Source: Candidatus Poribacteria bacterium (GTDB lineage: Bacteria > Poribacteria > WGA-4E > PCPOR2b). From it: a stretch of DNA of 64,000 bases. Location: NCBI GenBank assembly GCA_965215015.1, contig OZ244042.1, positions 480,001 to 544,000 of the forward strand, written 5' to 3'. Position 1 is the stretch's first letter. Each line of letters starts with the position of its first letter. Shown here piece by piece: positions 60,978 through 64,000 of the stretch. The notes beneath the pieces are model-generated. The model saw only the letters and a list, made by a program, of their open reading frames with translations, was not told the DNA's origin and did no database searches. Position numbers and translations under genes: made by a program.

Positions 60978-62987
60978 TCATTCCGCGACTCGCCATAACC
61001 CCGAACCCAATCGTTTCCCCAAAAGGACACCGATAAATGTATAAGTAAAACCATCGACCAAGATTCGTGTTAGGATATACCAATCCGCGTAAAAGAGGCG
61101 GTAGAGCGTCATGCTCAGTTGGAACTCAACGTATACAATGAGTGCATCGCATAAGCCGAAGATCAATGCTAAGGTCAGCAGGTTCGCGCCTCCAATTGCC
61201 CCGAAATCCAAAGTAATTTTCCGTGCTATTTGAAAACCGGTTTCGAGCAGCAGTACAGCGGTAACAGCATGAAGCAGTATAGTGGGCGTGAGTAGCCCCA
61301 GCGTGACGCCTCCCAACAGGAGTCGAACTGCCGAAACAAGGGTAATCACCCCAAATTTGGGGATGAGCATCAGCAGCGATGTCAGCAAGGCATAGTATAG
61401 CATTTCGTTGATGAGCCCCGTGACCAGAGATGAAATGGGACCGAGTAAGGCAGAAATCAGGTTAGTTAGCAGGGTTGATGGAACATTGATAGCAATGAAT
61501 ATCGTTGTGCCAAACAGGGAAATGAGGATTAGCTGCTTGGTGGAAAAGCGGTTGAACAATTGGGGGTGAAAACAGAGTAGCAATCCAACTCCTAAACCTG
61601 TCACAACGATTACAAGACCGGTAACAAGCAGCGCATGGGTATTGGGTGTCACGATCATCAATGGTCGTGTGGTGCGTAAGACTGTGGCGTCACTTCCCCA
61701 AATTTTCACTTCAATTGCACGCTCATATTGCCCCGCCCCAGTAAAATCTCGATACAATTGGGACAATGGATTGAAATAGATTGGCAGAGGGACGGAAGTG
61801 GTACTCTCTCCCATCAAACTGACAAACGCAAGACTACGATTCGTGCCGGCGTTGACCGCGTCTGGTGGAGATAGGAAAGGAACCGGTGCCCCATCCTTTG
61901 TATCGCGATTCATTGATGCCACAATTGCATGAACCGTTTCCTGCCCTCGATTGTGGATGTGCACTGTTTGATATGCGATAGGCTGGTACTCGTTCATCGG
62001 CCCCGCCTTTGCGCCGAACCATCTACCAAGGCCTCCCAAGAGCGGGCGCGGGTGGGAAATCGCGTCCGGTCGTTGACGAGAGTCGGACATGCCGCTTGGG
62101 TCTGTTGGCATCGTAATCCCCTCAATCCGAAGTTGCCCTGCAATCTCGTCAATAGATGCGGAACGCAATGGGGTCATCGTGCTCCGCCTCCACCGATCTC
62201 CCGACGCGTTTTCAAAGAAAACGTGCCCACGAATCTGTGTGTCCTTGGAGAGAAGCTCATCTGGAATTTTTAAGGTCAATTGGCTGTACCAGACCTCTGA
62301 TTCAACTGTGAATTTCCCTGATGAACTGTAGGATAAGCTATCCGCTTCAACTGCACTGGAACTCAAAGCAACTTCCCTCACCGCGCTGTTCCATATTGGA
62401 TTGTGCGGTAATATTTGAAATGATGCCGGAACCTGAAGTACGACGTGAAAGGTGACAGGCGCCTCCAAACCATTTCGGATCAGCACAGTTGCAGTCATTT
62501 CGATACCTTGTAAGACCAGTGATGCCTTCTGGGCAGATGCTGCCGGCTGAATGTTTAAGCCTGTACCAATACCCGCATTAGCAGCACTATCCCCTTCTAT
62601 TGTGCCGTAAGGGATGGCAATCTCAATCGTCCCTCGCGGATCGGTCTGAGGTGCCTGCACCGTTTGAGTGGTGGATTCACCGTTCTGGTACATCATTTCA
62701 AACTGATACGTTTTCCCCTTTTCCCACCGAAAGTACAGCGACTCGCTGCCACGCGAATATCTGCCGAGGTCAAGTTGGGCCACTAGCCTGCCCTCCGAAT
62801 CAAGTGCGGTGACTTTTTGGACATTCCCTCGAATCGCAGGGTCAAATTCAATTTTTGCACCAAGCGGAAAAAAGGTGGCGGTCCATGGAATCGGGGCTTG
62901 TTCACCACTTTTCGGTGCACAAGCGAGATAACAAAGATAAAAGGACAGGGATAGAAGGCGTGAAACGTAATAGATCTGAGGATTCAA
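60978..62987 (-). CDS. Lipoprotein-like soluble domain fused to a C-terminal ECF S-component (MptD-like) membrane domain
   Basis: YLAC lipobox; FSTKQLILISLF...IPKFGVITL with 6-7 TM segments. Confidence 0.6.
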   Translation of the reverse strand: MNPQIYYVSRLLSLSFYLCYLACAPKSGEQAPIPWTATFFPLGAKIEFDPAIRGNVQKVTALDSEGRLVAQLDLGRYSRGSESLYFRWEKGKTYQFEMMYQNGESTTQTVQAPQTDPRGTIEIAIPYGTIEGDSAANAGIGTGLNIQPAASAQKASLVLQGIEMTATVLIRNGLEAPVTFHVVLQVPASFQILPHNPIWNSAVREVALSSSAVEADSLSYSSSGKFTVESEVWYSQLTLKIPDELLSKDTQIRGHVFFENASGDRWRRSTMTPLRSASIDEIAGQLRIEGITMPTDPSGMSDSRQRPDAISHPRPLLGGLGRWFGAKAGPMNEYQPIAYQTVHIHNRGQETVHAIVASMNRDTKDGAPVPFLSPPDAVNAGTNRSLAFVSLMGESTTSVPLPIYFNPLSQLYRDFTGAGQYERAIEVKIWGSDATVLRTTRPLMIVTPNTHALLVTGLVIVVTGLGVGLLLCFHPQLFNRFSTKQLILISLFGTTIFIAINVPSTLLTNLISALLGPISSLVTGLINEMLYYALLTSLLMLIPKFGVITLVSAVRLLLGGVTLGLLTPTILLHAVTAVLLLETGFQIARKITLDFGAIGGANLLTLALIFGLCDALIVYVEFQLSMTLYRLFYADWYILTRILVDGFTYTFIGVLLGKRLGSGLWRVAE

Positions 62988-63085
62988 GGATTTTGGAATA
63001 ATGGCTTGAAGACTAAACGAGTTAGCTTAAGGGTTAAGTGATTGGGGAAGTAAACTTTTGGGTTCGTATTAAGGAAGTGTACAAC

Positions 63086-63118
63086 AGAAACCGAGTTTTT
63101 CTAAAAAACTCGGTTTCT
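63086..63118. repeat. Perfect 15-bp inverted repeat (REP-like or terminator)
   Basis: AGAAACCGAGTTTTT-CTA-AAAAACTCGGTTTCT. Confidence 0.65.
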
Positions 63119-63159
63119 CTTCGCATTTTACACTTTCTTTATAGGAGTCAACTTTTTGA

Positions 63160-63999
63160 TTATTCGACATTTTGTCCGAAATAGTTCGCAACACGGACGA
63201 GATCGAATACATCGATAATTCCATCCCGATTGACATCGCCTTGGAGGTTTCTACCTGTTTGTCCAAAGTTGCTTGAAACGATAACCAGATCAAGGATATT
63301 GATTACTCCATCGTGGTTTACATTAGCAGCCATAACTCCTATCGCTTGGAGCTGTGCAACGGCGACGAGATCCGCTCCGGGCCCAACGCCATAGGTATTA
63401 AGCAGTGTCCCATCGGGGGCAACAACATATAACTCGTCCATCCCCCCACCTGTCCAATCCGCCCTTGTGATATACAGGTTATCGTTCTGATCGATTGCTC
63501 CTACTCCACCCAAATCTGTGAGTGGGTTGTCAGCACCGTGAGTCCACGCCTCGCTGACCAGATCGTACACGAGCAATCCAATGGAACTGATAAAGACGCG
63601 CTTCATGCTGTTGATGGTAGGGCCCCCCGCTCCTGTTTCGAGTTCAATCGTTTTTTCGATTTCATCAGTAACCGTGTCGATAAACACGACCGCCCCTGGG
63701 ATACCACCGGGGACGATCCATCCGCCAACACCCGCGGACACTGCAATGACCTTAGATTCGCCATCGTTTGTGATACCGCTTGTGTTTATCGGCATTGGGA
63801 TGGTTTTTAAGACCGTGTCGGTCTTTATATCAATCACTGTAACGTTACTCTCATCATCATAGCTAACGTTCCAGGTGCCCGGCTCCTTAACATACGCTGA
63901 ATTAGCGACGTACGCCTTTCCGTTAAGAATCGTGATTCCATCCGGCATTGGACCGCAAGGAATACGCTTAACAATGCTCCTCCGGTTCAGATCTACCAC
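63160..63999 (-). CDS. YncE/DUF5074-like beta-propeller with C-terminal dockerin-like domain (5' end outside the window)
   Basis: PDGITILNGKAYVANS, VTVID..TDTVLKTI; NVNHDGVINILDLV and GDVNRDGIIDVFDLV. Confidence 0.75.
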   Translation of the reverse strand: MVDLNRRSIVKRIPCGPMPDGITILNGKAYVANSAYVKEPGTWNVSYDDESNVTVIDIKTDTVLKTIPMPINTSGITNDGESKVIAVSAGVGGWIVPGGIPGAVVFIDTVTDEIEKTIELETGAGGPTINSMKRVFISSIGLLVYDLVSEAWTHGADNPLTDLGGVGAIDQNDNLYITRADWTGGGMDELYVVAPDGTLLNTYGVGPGADLVAVAQLQAIGVMAANVNHDGVINILDLVIVSSNFGQTGRNLQGDVNRDGIIDVFDLVRVANYFGQNVE

Positions 64000-64000
64000 T

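Overview
Bacterial chromosomal window (~49% GC by eye). Gene content points to Candidatus Poribacteria or a close relative (inference): five intact PhyH-family dioxygenases, three enolase-superfamily dehydratases, two DUF6785/6784-type membrane proteins, LamG/PD40 remnants ending in a VxPxxKxxTx(W)xx[LI]K tail, and a dockerin-like protein. Housekeeping genes include secA, sppA, msbA-like, uppP, lpxL-like, dapA, rbsK and a group-2-like sigma70. I saw no rRNA, tRNA or CRISPR array. Highlights: (1) a rhodanese-MoeB gene split by the ORF caller at an in-frame UGA that sits on the conserved Cys and is followed by a SECIS-like hairpin (probable selenoprotein); (2) three non-autonomous TIR element families nested in one another and filled with GTAG-type REP hairpins; (3) three IS200/IS605 remnants, one reduced to both ends plus the tnpB 3'/omegaRNA region; (4) a putative uptake locus with an ECF S-component-like domain fused to a lipoprotein, next to two beta-propellers; (5) an ~70-aa insert in SecA, a bacterial Clp1 kinase, a Thr-type sulfatase-like enzyme, a TsdA-like dihaem cytochrome and an HsdR_N/SeqA-like fusion. 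All family calls are from motif recognition by eye; no searches were run.
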